This document shows, in pieces, positions 33,052-44,890 of a DNA stretch of 64,000 nt. The notes under the pieces are model-generated. The model saw only the letters and a list, made by a program, of their open reading frames with translations. It was not told the origin of the DNA and made no database searches. Position 1 is the stretch's first letter; each line of letters starts with the position of its first letter. Source of the DNA: Patagioenas fasciata (taxonomy: Eukaryota); assembly GCF_037038585.1 (NCBI RefSeq), contig NC_092556.1, forward strand, positions 386,619-450,618, read 5' to 3'. The translations under genes and the position numbers were made by a program.

Positions 33052-36000
33052 GTGAGTGCCGCCCCATAGCCGCCCCATAGCCGCCCCATAGCCGCCCCAT
33101 AGCCGCCCCATAACGTCCTGCACCCCCCATCAGGCCCGGGACCTTCGCACTAACGAGCTCGTCGCGATTAAGAAAATGTCCTATGGGGGGAAACGATCCG
33201 ATGAGGTAATGGGGGGGGGTTGGGGAAGGGACCCAGGCGTCCGGGAGGGGACCCAGGCGTCCGGGCCCCACGGATCCGTGGGTCTGCCCCCCAGAAATGG
33301 CGCGACATCGTGCGCGAGGCGTCGCTGCTGCAGCGCCTGCGCCACCCCAACATCGTGGCCTTCCGGGGCTGCTACCTGCGGGGCCACACGGCCTGGGTGA
33401 GCGACCCACAAGTGTGGGGCGGGACCCATAAGTGTGGGGTGGGACCCATAAGTGTGGGGCAGGGGGGAGTGGGGTTGGAAATGGGGGTTTGGGGAGGGTT
33501 TGGGGGCTCAGAAATGGGGGTTATGGGGGGATGTTGGGACCCATAAGTGTGGGGCAGGACCCACAAGTGTGGGGCAGGGGGGAGTGGGGTCGGAAATGGG
33601 GGTTTTAGGAGGGTTTGGGGAGGGTTTTGGGGCTCAAATGTGGGTTATAGGGGGATGTTGGGGCCCGTAAGTGTGGGGCAGGACCCATAAGTGTGGGGCA
33701 GGACCCATAAGTGTGGGGCGGGACCCATAAGTGTGGGGCAGGGGGGAGTGGGGTCGGAAATGGGGGTTTTAGGAGGGTTTGGGGAGGGTTTTGGGGCTCC
33801 AATGTGGGTAATGGGGGGATGTTGGGGCCCATAAGTGTGGGGCTGGACCCATAAGTGTGGGGCAGGGGGGAGTGGGGTTAGAAATGGGGGTTTTGTGAGG
33901 GTTTGGGGGCTCAGAAATGGGGTTTTGGGGGTGGGTTTGGGACCCATAGATGTGGGGCAGGGGGTGTTGGGCCCCATAAGTGTGGGGCAGGACCCATAGA
34001 GGTGGGGCAGGGGGTGTTGGGCCCCATAAGTGTGGGGCTGACCCATAGATGTGAGGCAGGGGGTGTTGGGCCCCATAAGTGTGGGGCTGACCCATAGATG
34101 TGGGGCAGGGGGTGTTGGGCCCCATAAGTGTGGGGCTGACCCATAGATGTGAGGCAGGGGGTGTTGGGCCCCATAAGTGTGGGGCTGACCCATAGATGTG
34201 GGGCAGGGGGTGTTGGGCCCCATAAGTGTAGGGGAAGGACTTGGGGCCCAGAAATGGGGCTTTGGGGGGCACTGGGACCCCCAAATGTGGGGCAGGGGGT
34301 GTTGGGCCCCCTAAGTGTGGGGCAGAGGGTTGTCGTGCCCCACATCTATGGGGCAGGCCCGCTCTCCCTAGCTGGCCATGGAGCGCTGCCTGGGCTCGGC
34401 CGCCGACCTGCTGGAGGGTGAGTGCCGTGGGGCGGCGCTGTGGGGCAGCCCCACAGATCCCGGAGCTCACCCCCCAACCTCTGCCCCACAAGTGCACAAG
34501 AAGCCGCTGCGGGAGGCGGAGATCGCGGCCATCAGCCAGGGGGCGCTGCGCGGCCTGGCCTACCTGCACCGCCTGGGGGTCGTCCACAGGTCAGCCCCAT
34601 AGATCGACCCATAGATCGACCCATAGGTCCCGCCCCATAGGTCCTGACCCATAGCGGGACCCACAGCACCTGTTGTATTGGTTTCTCTGGGTCTTTTCTT
34701 GTGCTTGTTGGTCCCGCCCCATAGGTCCCGCCCCATAGATCCCGACCCATAGATCCCGCCCCATAGATCCCGCCCCATAGATCCCGCCCCATAGCGGGAC
34801 CCACAGCCCCCGTTGTGTTGGTTTCTCTGGGTCTTTTCTTGCTTGTGCTGGTCGGACCCGCCCCATAGGTCCCACCCCATAGATCCCGCCCCATAGGTCC
34901 CACCCCGTAGATCCCGCCCCATAGATCCCGACCCATAGCGGGACCCACAGCCCCCGTTGTGTTGATTTCTCTGGGTCTTTTCTTGCTTGTGCTTGTTGGA
35001 CCCGCCCCATAGGTCCCGCCCCATAGGTCCCGACCCATAGATCCCGACCCATAGATCCCGCCCCATAGATCCCGCCCCATAGCAGGACCCACAGCCCCCG
35101 TTGTGTTGATTTCTCCGGGTGTTTTCTTGCTTGTGCTGGTCGGTCCCACCCCATAGATCCTGACCCATAGATCCTGACCCATAGATCCCGCCCCATAGAT
35201 CCCGCCCCATAGCAGGACCCACAGCCCCCGTTGTGTTGATTTCTCCGGGTGTTTTCTTGCTTGTGCTGGTCGGTCCCACCCCATAGATCCTGACCCATAG
35301 ATCCCGACCCATAGATCCCGCCCCATAGATCCCGCCCCATAGCAGGACCCACAGCCCCCGTTGTGTTGATTTCTCCGGGTGTTTTCTTGCTTGTGCTGGT
35401 TGGTCCCACCCCATAGATCCTGACCCATAGATCCCAACCCATAGATCCTGACCCATAGCGGGACCCACAGCCCCCATTGTGTTGGTTTCTCTGGGTCTCC
35501 CCTTGCTTGTGTTTGTTGGTCCCGCCCCATAGGTCCCGCCCCATAGGTCCCGCCCCATAGATCCCACCCCATAGGTCCCGCCCCATAGGTCCCACCCCAT
35601 AGATCCCACCCCATAGATCCTGCCCCATAGCAGGACCCACAACCCGTGTTGTACGGATTTCTCTGCTTCTTTTCTTGCCCCACTGATTCTGCCCCACATT
35701 CTCTACTGTGCCCCACAGCTCCTGCCCCACTGATCCCACCCCACTCATCTCTGGCCCCACAGCTCCTGCCCCGCTGATCCTGCCCCACAGCTTCCGCCCC
35801 ACTGATCCCACCCCACTCCTCTCCCTCTTCTCTGCCCCACAGCTCCTGCCCCACTGCTCCTGCCCCACTGATCCCACCCCACTTCTCTCCCTCTTCTCTG
35901 CCCCACTGATCCCGCCCCACTGATCCTGCCCCACTTATTTCCCTATTCTCTGCCCCACAGATCCCGCCCCACTGATCCCGCCCCACTGATCCCGCCCCAC

Positions 36001-39000
36001 TGATCCTGCCCCACTCATCTCCATAATCTCTGCCCCACAGCTCTTTTGCTTCTTCTCTGCCCCACTGACCCCGCCCCACTGACCCCGCCCCACTGACCCC
36101 GCCCCACAGCTCCTGCCCCACTGACCCCGCCCCACTGACCCCGCCCCACTGACCCCGCCCCACGGCTGCTGCCCCACTGACCCCACCCCACAGCTCCCGC
36201 CCCACAGCTCCTGCCCCACTGACCCAGCCCCACTGACCCAGCCCCACAGCTCCCGCCCCACTGACCCCGCCCCACAGCTCCCGCCCCACAGCTCCCGCCC
36301 CACAGCTCCTGCCCCACTGACCCCGCCCCACTGACCCCGCCCCACTGACCCCGCCCCACTGACCCCGCCCCACGGCTGCTGCCCCCAGGGACGTGAAGGC
36401 CGGGAACATCCTGCTCAGCCCCACAGCCCAGGTCAAACTCGGCGACTTCGGCTCCGCCGCCACGGCCGCCCCGGCCGGGGCCTTCGTGGGGACCCCCTAC
36501 TGGTGAGAGACCCACACGTGTGGGGCTGGGACCCCCAAGTGTGGGGCTGGGACCCCCAAGTGTGGGGCTGGGACCATAGAGCGGCTGGGAGTGGGGGTTG
36601 CGACCCCCAAGTGTGGGGCTGGGACCCCCAAGTGTGGGGCTGGGACCATAGAGTGGCTGGGAGTGGGGGTTGTGACCCCCAAGTGTGGGGCTGGGACCCC
36701 CAAGTGTGGGGCTGGGACCATAGAGTGGCTGGGAGTGGGGGTTGTGACCCCCAAGTGTGGGGCTGGGACCCCCAAGTGTGGGGCTGGGACCATAGAGTGG
36801 CTGGGAGTGGGGGTTGTGACCCCCAAGTGTGGGGCTGGGACCCCCAAGCGTGGGGCTGGGACCATAGAGCGGCTGGGAGTGGGGGTTGTGACCCCCAAGT
36901 GTGGGGCTGGGACCCCCAAGTGTGGGGCTGGGACCATAGAGCGGCTGGGAGTGGGGGTTGTGACCCCCAAGTGTGGGGCTGGCCCCACACCCCAGCCCCG
37001 CTCCCTGCCCTGCCCCCGCCCCGCCCACAGTGCTGCCCCACACCCCTGCCCCACACCCCGCCCCCTGCCCCGCCCCCAGTGCTGCCCCGCCCCCCTGCCC
37101 CCCTGCCCCACCCCCAGTGCTGCCCCGCCCCCCTGCCCCCCTGCCCCGCCCCCAGTGCTGCCCCGCCCTCCCCACCCCGCCCCACACCCTCACCCCACAC
37201 CCCTCCTCACACCCCCACCCCACACCCCCGCCCCACAGCCCCCACCCCTGCCCCCCACCCTGCCCCACAACCCCACCCCACACCCCCCCCACCCTGCCCC
37301 GCCCCCCAGCCCCGCCCCACGTCCCTGCCCCACACCCCTGCCCCACATCCCCCCCCCACCCCTGCCCCACACCCCCCCCACCCCCGCCCCTGATCCCCGC
37401 CCCTGCCCCACACCCCCACCTCCCATCTTGCCCCACACCCCCGCCCCACACCCCTCCCCACACCCCCGCCCCATCACCGCTGCCCCACACCCCCGCCCCA
37501 CATCCCTCCCCACACCCCTGCCCCACACCCCTGCCCCACACCCCTGCCCCACACCCCGCCCCCAGTGCTGCCCCGCCCCCCCTGCCCCCGCCCCGCCCCC
37601 AGCGCTGCCCCGCCCCCTGCCCCACACCCCGCCCCATCACCGCTGCCCCACAGCCCCGTCCCACACCCCGCCCCCTGCCCCCCGCCCCGCCCCACGCGCG
37701 CTGTCCCCAGGATGGCCCCCGAGGCGATCGTGGCTCCGGACGGGCGGGCGAGCGACGGCAGAGCCGACGTCTGGGCCCTGGGCATCACCTGCATCGAGCT
37801 GGGTGAGACGTGACCCCTGACCCTGACCCTGACCTCTGACCCCTGACCCCTGACCCTGACCCCTGACCCTGACCCCTGACCCACGGCTGACCCGTGACCC
37901 TGACCCACGGCTGACCCATAGCTGACCCACGGCTGACCCACAGCTGACCCACGGCCCTGCCCCATGGTTGACCCATAACCTTGACCCATAGCTGACCCAT
38001 AGCCCTGACCCACAGCTGACCCATAGCCCTGACCCACAGCTGACCCACGGCTGACTCATAACCCTGACCCACAGCTGACCCACGGCTGACCCACAGCCTG
38101 ACCCATAGCCCTGACCCATAGCCTGACCCACATCCTGCCCCATGGCCTGACCCATAGCCTGACCCACAGCTAACCTATGGCTGACCCATAGCCCTGCCCC
38201 ATAGCTGACCCACGGCTGACCCATAGCCCTGACCCATAGCTGACCCACAGCCTGACCCACAGCCTGACCCACAGCCAGAGCCTGACTCACAGCCACCCCA
38301 TAGCTGATCCACATCCTGACCCACATCCTGACCCACATCCTGACCCACATCCTGACCCACAGCCCTGAGCCACAGCCCTGACCCACATCCTGCCCCATAG
38401 CCTGACCCACAACCTGACCCACAGCCAGAGCCTGACCCACATCCACCCCACATCCACCCACATCCCTGACCCACATTCAACCCACACCCACATCCACCCC
38501 ACAGCTGCCCCACATCTCCCCTCACACCCCACCCCCCACCCCACCCCACCCATTGTTGGGGTCTCGTTCCTGTTCCAATTGGGGGGCGGCGGGCGGGGGC
38601 GGTTCTGGGGCTGCTGTGGGGCTGCCCCCCCGCTCTGCCCCACACATCCCCCCCCGCTCTGCCCCACACATCCCCCCCGCTCTGCCCCACACATCCCCCC
38701 CCGCTCTGCCCCACACATCCCCCCCCGCTCTGCCCCACACATCCCCCCCGCTCTGCCCCACACATCCCCCCCCGCTCTGCCCCACACATCCCCCCCCGCT
38801 CTGCCCCACACATCCCCCCCCGCTCTGCCCCACACATCCCCCCCGCTCTGCCCCACATATCCCCCCCGCTCTGCCCCACACATCCCCCCCGCTCTGCCCC
38901 ACACATCCCCCCCGCTCTGCCCCACACATCCCCCCCGCTCTGCCCCACACATCCCCCCCGCTCTGCCCCACACATCCCCCCCGCTCTGCCCCACACATCC

Positions 39001-42000
39001 CCCCCCGCTCTGCCCCACACATCCCCCCCGGCTCTGCCCCACACATCCCCCCCGGCTCTGCCCCACACATCCCCCCTGCTCTGCCCCACACATCCCCCCC
39101 GCTCTGCCCCACACATTCCCCCCCGCTCTGCCCCACCCCCCGCTCAGCCCCACCCCCCGCTCAGCCCCACCCCCCGCTCAGCCCCACCCCCCGCTCAGCC
39201 CCGCCCCCCCGCTCAGCCCCGCCCCCCCGCTCAGCCCCGCCCCCCCGCTCAGCCCCGCCCCCCCGCTCAGCCCCGCCCCCCCGCTCAGCCCCGCCCCCCC
39301 GCTCAGCCCCGCCCCCCCGCTCAGCCCCGCCCCCCGCTCAGCCCCGCCCCCCGCTCAGCCCCGCCCCCCGCTCAGCCCCGCCCCCCGCTCAGCCCCGCCC
39401 CCCGCTCAGCCCCACCCCCCCGCTCAGCCCCACCCCCCGCTCAGCCCCACCCCCCGCTCAGCCCCACCCCCCCGCTCAGCCCCACCCCCCGCTCAGCCCC
39501 ACCCCCCGCTCAGCCCCACCCCCCCGCTCAGCCCCACCCCCCGCTCAGCCCCACCCCCCGCTCAGCCCCACCCCCCCGCTCAGCCCCACCCCCCGCTCAG
39601 CCCCACCCCCCGCTCAGCCCCACCCCCCCGCTCAGCCCCACCCCCCCGCTCAGCCCCACCCCCCCGCTCAGCCCCACCCCCCGCTCAGCCCCACCCCCCC
39701 GCTCAGCCCCACCCCCCCGCTCAGCCCCACCCCCCGCTCAGCCCCACCCCCCGCTCAGCCCCACCCCCCGCTCAGCCCCACCCCCCCGCTCAGCCCCACC
39801 CCCCCGCTCAGCCCCACCCCCCCGCTCAGCCCCGCCCCCCGCTCAGCCCCGCCCCCCGCTCAGCCCCGCCCCCCGCTCAGCCCCGCCCCCCGCTCAGCCC
39901 CGCCCCCCGCTCAGCCCCGCCCCCCGCTCAGCCCCGCCCCCCGCTCAGCCCCGCCCCCCGCTCAGCCCCGCCCCCCGCTCAGCCCCGCCCCCCGCTCAGC
40001 CCCGCCCCCCGCTCAGCCCCGCCCCCCTGCCCCCCAGCGGAGCGGAAGCCCCCCCTGTTCCACATGAACGCCATGAGCGCCCTGTACCACATCGCACAGA
40101 GCGCCCCCCCCCGCCTGCACGGGACCCAATGGTGAGCGTAGGACGCCTGGGTCCCTTGGGGCACTCCTGGGTCCCTCCCGAACTCCTGGGTCCCTCCCGA
40201 ACTCCTGGGTCCCCCCCGAACTCCTGGGTCCCCCCCCGAACTCCTGGGTCCCCCCCCGAACTCCTGGGTCCCTCCCGAACTCCTGGGTCCCTCCTGAACT
40301 CCTGGGTCCCTCCTGAACTCCTGGGTCCCCCCCGAACTCCTGGGTCCCCCCCCGAACTCCTGGGTCCCTCCTGAACTCCTGGGTCCCCCCCCAAACTCCT
40401 GGGTCCCTTGGGGCACTCCCGGGTCCCTGGGGCACTCCCGGGTCCCTTGGGGCACTCCTGGGTCCCTTGGGGCACTCCCAGGTCCCTGGGGCACTCCTGG
40501 GTCCCTGGGCCACTCCTGGGTCCCTTTCCCCCCTCCCCTGGGTCCCTTGGGGCACTCCCGGGTCCCTGGGGCTCTCCTGGGTCCCTGGGGCACTCCTGGG
40601 TCCCTTTCCCCCCTCCCCTGGGTCCCTTGGGGCACTCCCGGGTCCCTGGGGCACTCCCGGGTCCGTGGGGCACTCCTGGGTCCCTTTCCCCCCTCCCCTG
40701 GGTCCCTTGGGGCACTCCCGGGTCCCTGGGGCACTCCTGGGTCCCTGGGCCACTCCTGGGTCCCTTTCCCCCCTCCCCTGGTTCCCTTGGGGCACTCCCG
40801 GGTCCCTGGGGCACTCCCAGTTCCCTTGGGGCACTCCTGGGTCCCTTGGGGCACTCCTGGGTCCCCGGGGCACTCCTGGGTCCCTGGGGCACTCCTGGGT
40901 CCCTGGGGCACTCCCGGGTCCCTTGGGGCACTCCTGGGTCCCTGGGGCACTCCCAGTTCCCTTGGGGCACTCCTGGGTCCCTGGGGCACTCCCAGGTCCC
41001 TTGGGGCACTCCTGGGTCCCTTGGGGCACTCCCGGGTCCCTGGGGCACTCCTGGGTCCCCGGGGCACTCCCGGGTCCCTGACGGGGTCCCAGGTCCCCGT
41101 GTTTCGGGGGGTTCGTGGCTTCGTGTCTGCAGAAGCGGCCGCAGGAGCGCCCCACGGCCCAGGAGCTGCTGCAGGTGCCTCGTTAGCGCCAATTAGCGCT
41201 CATTAACGCTCATTAACGCTCGTCGCCCCTCATCGCCCCTCATTGTCCCCTCGTTACCCCGGTACCCCCTCAATTGCCCCATCGAGCCCCGTTATCCCGT
41301 TAATTACCCCACTGATCCCCATTATACTGTTAATTATCCCCATTGATTCCCGTTATCCCCATTATCCCATTAATTACCCCATTTATCCCCATTATCCCAT
41401 TAATTACCCCATTGATCACTATTATCCTATTTATTATCCCCATTGATTCCCAGTGTCCTTATTATCCCATTAATTACCCCATTGATCCCCATTATCCTGT
41501 TAATTATCCCCATTGATTCCCATTGTCCTTATTAACCCATTAATTACCCCATTGATCCCCATTATCCTGTTAATTATCCCCATTGATTCCCATTGTCCTT
41601 ATTAACCCATTAATTACCCCATTGATCCCCGTTATCCTGTTAATTATCCCCATTGATTCTGGTTATCCCCATTATCCCGTTAATTACCCCATTGATCCCC
41701 ATTGTCCTGTTAATTATCCCCATTGATTCCCGTTATCCCCATTATCCCATTAACTACCCCATTGATCCTCATTATCCTGCTAATTATCCCCATTGATTCC
41801 CATTGTCCCCATTATCCCATTAATTACCCCATTGATCCCCATTATCCTGTTAATTATCCCCATTGATTCCCATTGTCCCCATTATGCCATTAATTACCCC
41901 ATTGATCCCCATTATCCTGTTAATTATCCCCATTGATTCCCGTTATCCCCATTATCCCATTAATTACCCCATTGATCCCCATTATCCTGTTAATTATCCC

Positions 42001-44491
42001 CATTGATTCCCGTTATCCCCATTATCCCATTAATTACCCCATTGATCCCCATTATCCTGTTAATTATCCCCATTGATTCCCGTTATCCCCATTATCCCAT
42101 TAATTACCCCATTGATCCCCATTATCCCATTAATTATCCCCATTGATTCCCGTTATCCCCATTATCCCATTAATTACCCCATTTATCCCCATTATCCCAT
42201 TAATTACCCCACTGATCCCCATTATCCTGTTAATTATCCCCATTGATTCCCATTGTCCTTATTAACCCATTAATTACCTCATTGATCCCCGTTATCCTGT
42301 TAATTATCCCCATTGATTCCGGTTATCCCCATTATCCCGTTAATTACCCCATTGATCGCCATTATACTGTTAATTATCCCCATTGATTCCCATTGTCCCT
42401 ATTATCCCATTAATTGCCCCATTGATCCCCATTATCCCATTAATTACCCCATTCATTCCCATTGTCCCCATTATCCCATTAATTACCCCATTGATTCCCA
42501 TTACCCCATTAATTACCCCCATTGATCCCTATTATTCCATTAATTAGCCCCATTGATCCCCATTATCTCCATTATCCCGTTAATTATTGATCCCCATTGA
42601 TCTCAATTACCCCGTTAATTACCCCATTGATCTCCATTATCCCATTAATTACCCCATTGATCCCCATTATCCCATTAATTACCCCATTGATCCCTGCTAT
42701 CCCAGTAATTACCCCCATTGATCCCCATTGACCCCATTATCCCATTAATTACCCCTATTGACCCCCATTGATCCCATTAATTACCCCCGTTGATCCCATT
42801 AATTATCCGTGTTATCCCATTAGTTACCCCATTCATACCCATTATCCCATTAATTACCCCATTGATCCCCGTTACCCCGTTAATTACCCCATTAATTACC
42901 CCATTACCCCGTTAATTACCCCATTAATTACCCCATTACCCCGTTAATTACCCCATTAATTACCCCATTGCCCCGTTAATTACCCCGTTGACCCCGTTAC
43001 CCATCGATCCCATTCATTCCTTCATCCCCCCCATTCCCCCCTTCTCCCCTCACCCCATTGGCTCACTCTGCCCTTTGGCCCCGCCCCTTTCTCCAGCACC
43101 ACTTCCTGCAGAGGCCCCGCCCCCCGCGCGTGCTCCTGGATCTGATTGGCCGAGCCCAGGCGGCCGCGCGGGCCCTGGACCAGCTGCACCTGCGGCCAAT
43201 CAGGAAGCTGCTGCTCCCGGAAGGCCCCGCCCCCGGCCCCGCCCACCAGGTTCGTGGGGGGCGATTTTGGGGACGTTTTGGGGGAATTTGGGGACATTTT
43301 GGTCACCTTTCCGGACCCATTGTCCCTGTGGGGTGGCCCCATTGGCCCCATTGACCCCATGGGGCATCCCCAAGGTCCCGTTGACCCCATTGGGGTCCCC
43401 ATTGACCCCCATGTCCCCATTGTCCCCATTGGGGTCCCCATTGACCCCTTGGGCTCCGTTGACCCCCCAGGTGTCCTCATTGACCTCATTGTCCCCATTG
43501 GGGTCCCCATTGTCCCCTTGGGCTCCATTGACCCCCCATGTCCCCGTTGTCCCCAGTGTCACCTCCTGAGCTCCCATTGTCCCCATTGACCCCACAAGGT
43601 CCTATTGACCCCCATGTCCCCATTGTCCCGTTGGGTTCCATTGACCCCATGGGACATCCCCAAGGTCCCATTACCCCTATTGGGGTCCCCCATTGTCCCC
43701 CATTGTCCCCATATCCCCATTGGGGTTCCCATTGTCCCCTTGGGCCCCATTGACCCCATGGGACGTCCCCAAGGTCCCATTGTCCCCATTGACCCCATTG
43801 TCCCCATGGGACGTCCCCATTGACCCCACAAGGTCGCATTGACCCCCATGTCACCATTGGGGTCCCCATTGTCCCCTTGGGCCCCATTGACCCCATGGGA
43901 CGTCCCATTGTCCCCATTGACCCCACTGACCCCATGGGACGTCCCATTGTCCCCATTGACCCCATTGACCCCATGGGACGTCCCATTGTCCCCATTGACC
44001 CCATTGACCCCATGGGACGTCCCATTGTCCCCATTGACCCCATGGGACGTTCCATTGTCCCCTTGGGCCCCATTGACCCCATGGGACGTCCCCAAGGTCC
44101 CATTGTCCCCATTGTCCCCATGGGATGTCCCATTGTCCCCATTGACCCCACAAGGTCCCATTGACCCCATTTGTCCCCATTGGGGTCCCCATTGTCCCCT
44201 TGGGCCCCATTGACCCCATGGGACGTCCCCAAGGTCCCATTGACCCCATGGGACGTCCCCGATGTCCCCATTGACCCCATGGGATGTCCCCAATGTCCCC
44301 AGGGGGCGGAGCCCGCCGGCAGCCCCGAGCGCAGCCATTGGCCGCCCAGCGCGTCCGTCAGCGAATCGAGCGGCAGCAGCGGTGCCAGTGCGGCCAATGA
44401 CGACGGTGACGGTGACGACGGTGACGGTGACGACGGTGACGGTGACGACGGGGATGAGGAAGGGCCCCCATTGGCCGCCCCGCACCCGCCC
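32941..44491 (+). CDS. TAOK2: TAO-family Ser/Thr kinase (TAOK2-like), N-terminal 11 coding exons covering the kinase domain through the acidic region; C-terminal exons not found
   Basis: Plus-strand exons: 32941-33051, 33134-33205, 33295-33396, 34372-34417, 34493-34589, 36389-36502, 37711-37802, 40038-40131, 41093-41174, 43097-43249, 44303-44491. All are GT..AG and phases are consistent. The first exon starts at an acceptor at 32858, with 5'UTR before the ATG at 32941. Translation begins [361 protein letters not shown]...[12 protein letters not shown]. It is collinear with my recall of the human TAOK1/2/3 kinase domain. The acidic tract followed by EEGP and the 16p11.2 synteny favour TAOK2. 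Confidence 0.82.
33134..33205 (+). CDS. TAOK2: TAOK2-like coding exon 2 ([24 protein letters not shown])
   Basis: Acceptor ccatcag|GCCCGG and donor GATGAG|gtaatg. VAIKK contains the catalytic lysine. Confidence 0.85.
33295..33396 (+). CDS. TAOK2: TAOK2-like coding exon 3 ([34 protein letters not shown])
   Basis: Acceptor ccccccag|AAATGG and donor GCCTGG|gtgagc. Confidence 0.85.
33400..34340 (+). repeat. Satellite about 21 bp GACCCATAAGTGTGGGGCAGG with an about 125-160 bp higher-order period (TAOK2 intron 3)
   Basis: Direct reading. Confidence 0.85.
34372..34417 (+). CDS. TAOK2: TAOK2-like coding exon 4 ([15 protein letters not shown])
   Basis: Acceptor ctctccctag|CTGGCC and donor GGAGG|gtgagtgc. 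Confidence 0.82.
34493..34589 (+). CDS. TAOK2: TAOK2-like coding exon 5 ([33 protein letters not shown])
   Basis: Acceptor ccccacaag|TGCACAAG and donor CCACAG|gtcagc. Confidence 0.82.
34590..35700 (+). repeat. About 125 bp unit in about 8 copies (CCCCATAGRTCCCGCC blocks plus TTGTGTTGGTTTCTCTGGGTCTTTTCTTGCTTGTGCTGGTCGG) in TAOK2 intron 5
   Basis: Copies are near 34670, 34805, 34945, 35100, 35220, 35340, 35465 and 35640. Confidence 0.85.
35700..36370 (+). repeat. Satellite CCCCACTGACCCCGCCCCACAGCTCCTG (TAOK2 intron 5)
   Basis: Direct reading. Confidence 0.85.
36389..36502 (+). CDS. TAOK2: TAOK2-like coding exon 6 ([10 protein letters not shown]...DFGSA...VGTPYW)
   Basis: Acceptor ctgcccccag|GGACGTG and donor CTACTG|gtgagaga. 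Carries the HRDVKAGN and DFG motifs. Confidence 0.85.
36510..36970 (+). repeat. 63-bp unit in 7 copies (ACCCCCAAGTGTGGGGCTGGGACCCCCAAGTGTGGGGCTGGGACCATAGAGTGGCTGGGAGTGGGGGTTGTG), starting 8 nt after the TAOK2 exon 6 donor
   Basis: Direct reading. Confidence 0.9.
36970..37700 (+). repeat. C-rich low-complexity repeat CCCTGCCCCACACCCC (TAOK2 intron 6)
   Basis: Direct reading. Confidence 0.8.
37711..37802 (+). CDS. TAOK2: TAOK2-like coding exon 7 ([30 protein letters not shown])
   Basis: Acceptor ctgtccccag|GATGGCC and donor GAGCTGG|gtgagacg. Carries the APE motif. Confidence 0.85.
37810..38500 (+). repeat. 12-13 bp satellite CTGACCCACAGC / CCTGACCCATAGC (TAOK2 intron 7)
   Basis: Direct reading. 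Confidence 0.85.
38640..40020 (+). repeat. 23-bp satellite CTCTGCCCCACACATCCCCCCCG (38640-39120), then 16-17 bp CTCAGCCCCACCCCCCG in about 55 copies (39120-40020) (TAOK2 intron 7)
   Basis: Direct reading. Confidence 0.9.
40038..40131 (+). CDS. TAOK2: TAOK2-like coding exon 8 ([32 protein letters not shown])
   Basis: Acceptor ctgccccccag|CGGAGCGG and donor CCAATG|gtgagcgt. Confidence 0.85.
40140..41080 (+). repeat. GAACTCCTGGGTCCC / GCACTCCTGGGTCCCTGGG satellite (TAOK2 intron 8)
   Basis: Direct reading. Same family as 441-1310. Confidence 0.9.
41093..41174 (+). CDS. TAOK2: TAOK2-like coding exon 9 ([27 protein letters not shown])
   Basis: Acceptor ggggtcccag|GTCCCCG and donor CTGCAG|gtgcct. 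Matches the human [24 protein letters not shown] block. Confidence 0.78.
41240..43000 (+). repeat. 60-bp AT-richer satellite in about 28 copies, CCCCATTGATTCCCGTTATCCCCATTATCCCATTAATTACCCCATTGATCCCCATTATCCTGTTAATTATC (TAOK2 intron 9)
   Basis: Direct reading. Confidence 0.9.
43097..43249 (+). CDS. TAOK2: TAOK2-like coding exon 10 ([51 protein letters not shown])
   Basis: Acceptor ctttctccag|CACCAC and donor CACCAG|gttcgt. Matches the human [42 protein letters not shown] block. Confidence 0.8.
43300..44290 (+). repeat. 9-bp-based satellite CCCATTGACCCCATGGGACGTCCCATTGTCC (TAOK2 intron 10)
   Basis: Direct reading. Confidence 0.85.
44303..44491 (+). CDS. TAOK2: TAOK2-like coding exon 11 (Ser-rich then (DGDGDD)n acidic tract, ..[12 protein letters not shown])
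   Basis: Acceptor aatgtccccag|GGGGCGGAG and donor CCGCCC|gtgagtcc. Corresponds to the human [21 protein letters not shown] region. Confidence 0.65.
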
Positions 44492-44639
44492 GTGAGTCCA
44501 GGAGGGTCCCAAAAACCCCCAAAATGGGTTAAAACGCCCCAAAAAGGCCCCAAAATGTGGTTGAGACCCCAAAGAAACCTCTGGGAGGGATTAAAGGGTC
44601 GGGGGCTCTTTAAGAAACTGGTGGGTGGGGCTTAGGGGG

Positions 44640-44890
44640 TGGGGTTTGGGCTTGCGGCCAATCAGCTGCTGAGGAGGCCATGGGGGGCTGTTTAAGGACA
44701 AGGGGGCGGGGCTTGAGGGGGGGGCGGGGCTTGGGGGGGGTGGAGTTTGGGGGGTTTGTAGAACCTGATTGGTCAGAGGGTTCTGGGCGTCTGATTGGTC
44801 AGAAGGCCCTGGGAGGTCCATATAAGGTGGTGGGCGGGGTCTGAGAGGGGATTGGACAAGAGCTTAAAGGGGGCGGAGCTAAAGGGGTTG
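44640..44890. promoter_or_regulatory. Promoter-like motif cluster: CCAAT gcggCCAATcag about 44656, two inverted CCAAT (tgATTGGtcag, twice), a CArG/TATA element CCATATAAGG about 44818-44827, and GC boxes gggggcggggc
   Basis: Unique sequence downstream of the last TAOK2-like exon found. Motifs only; no transcript evidence. Confidence 0.25.
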
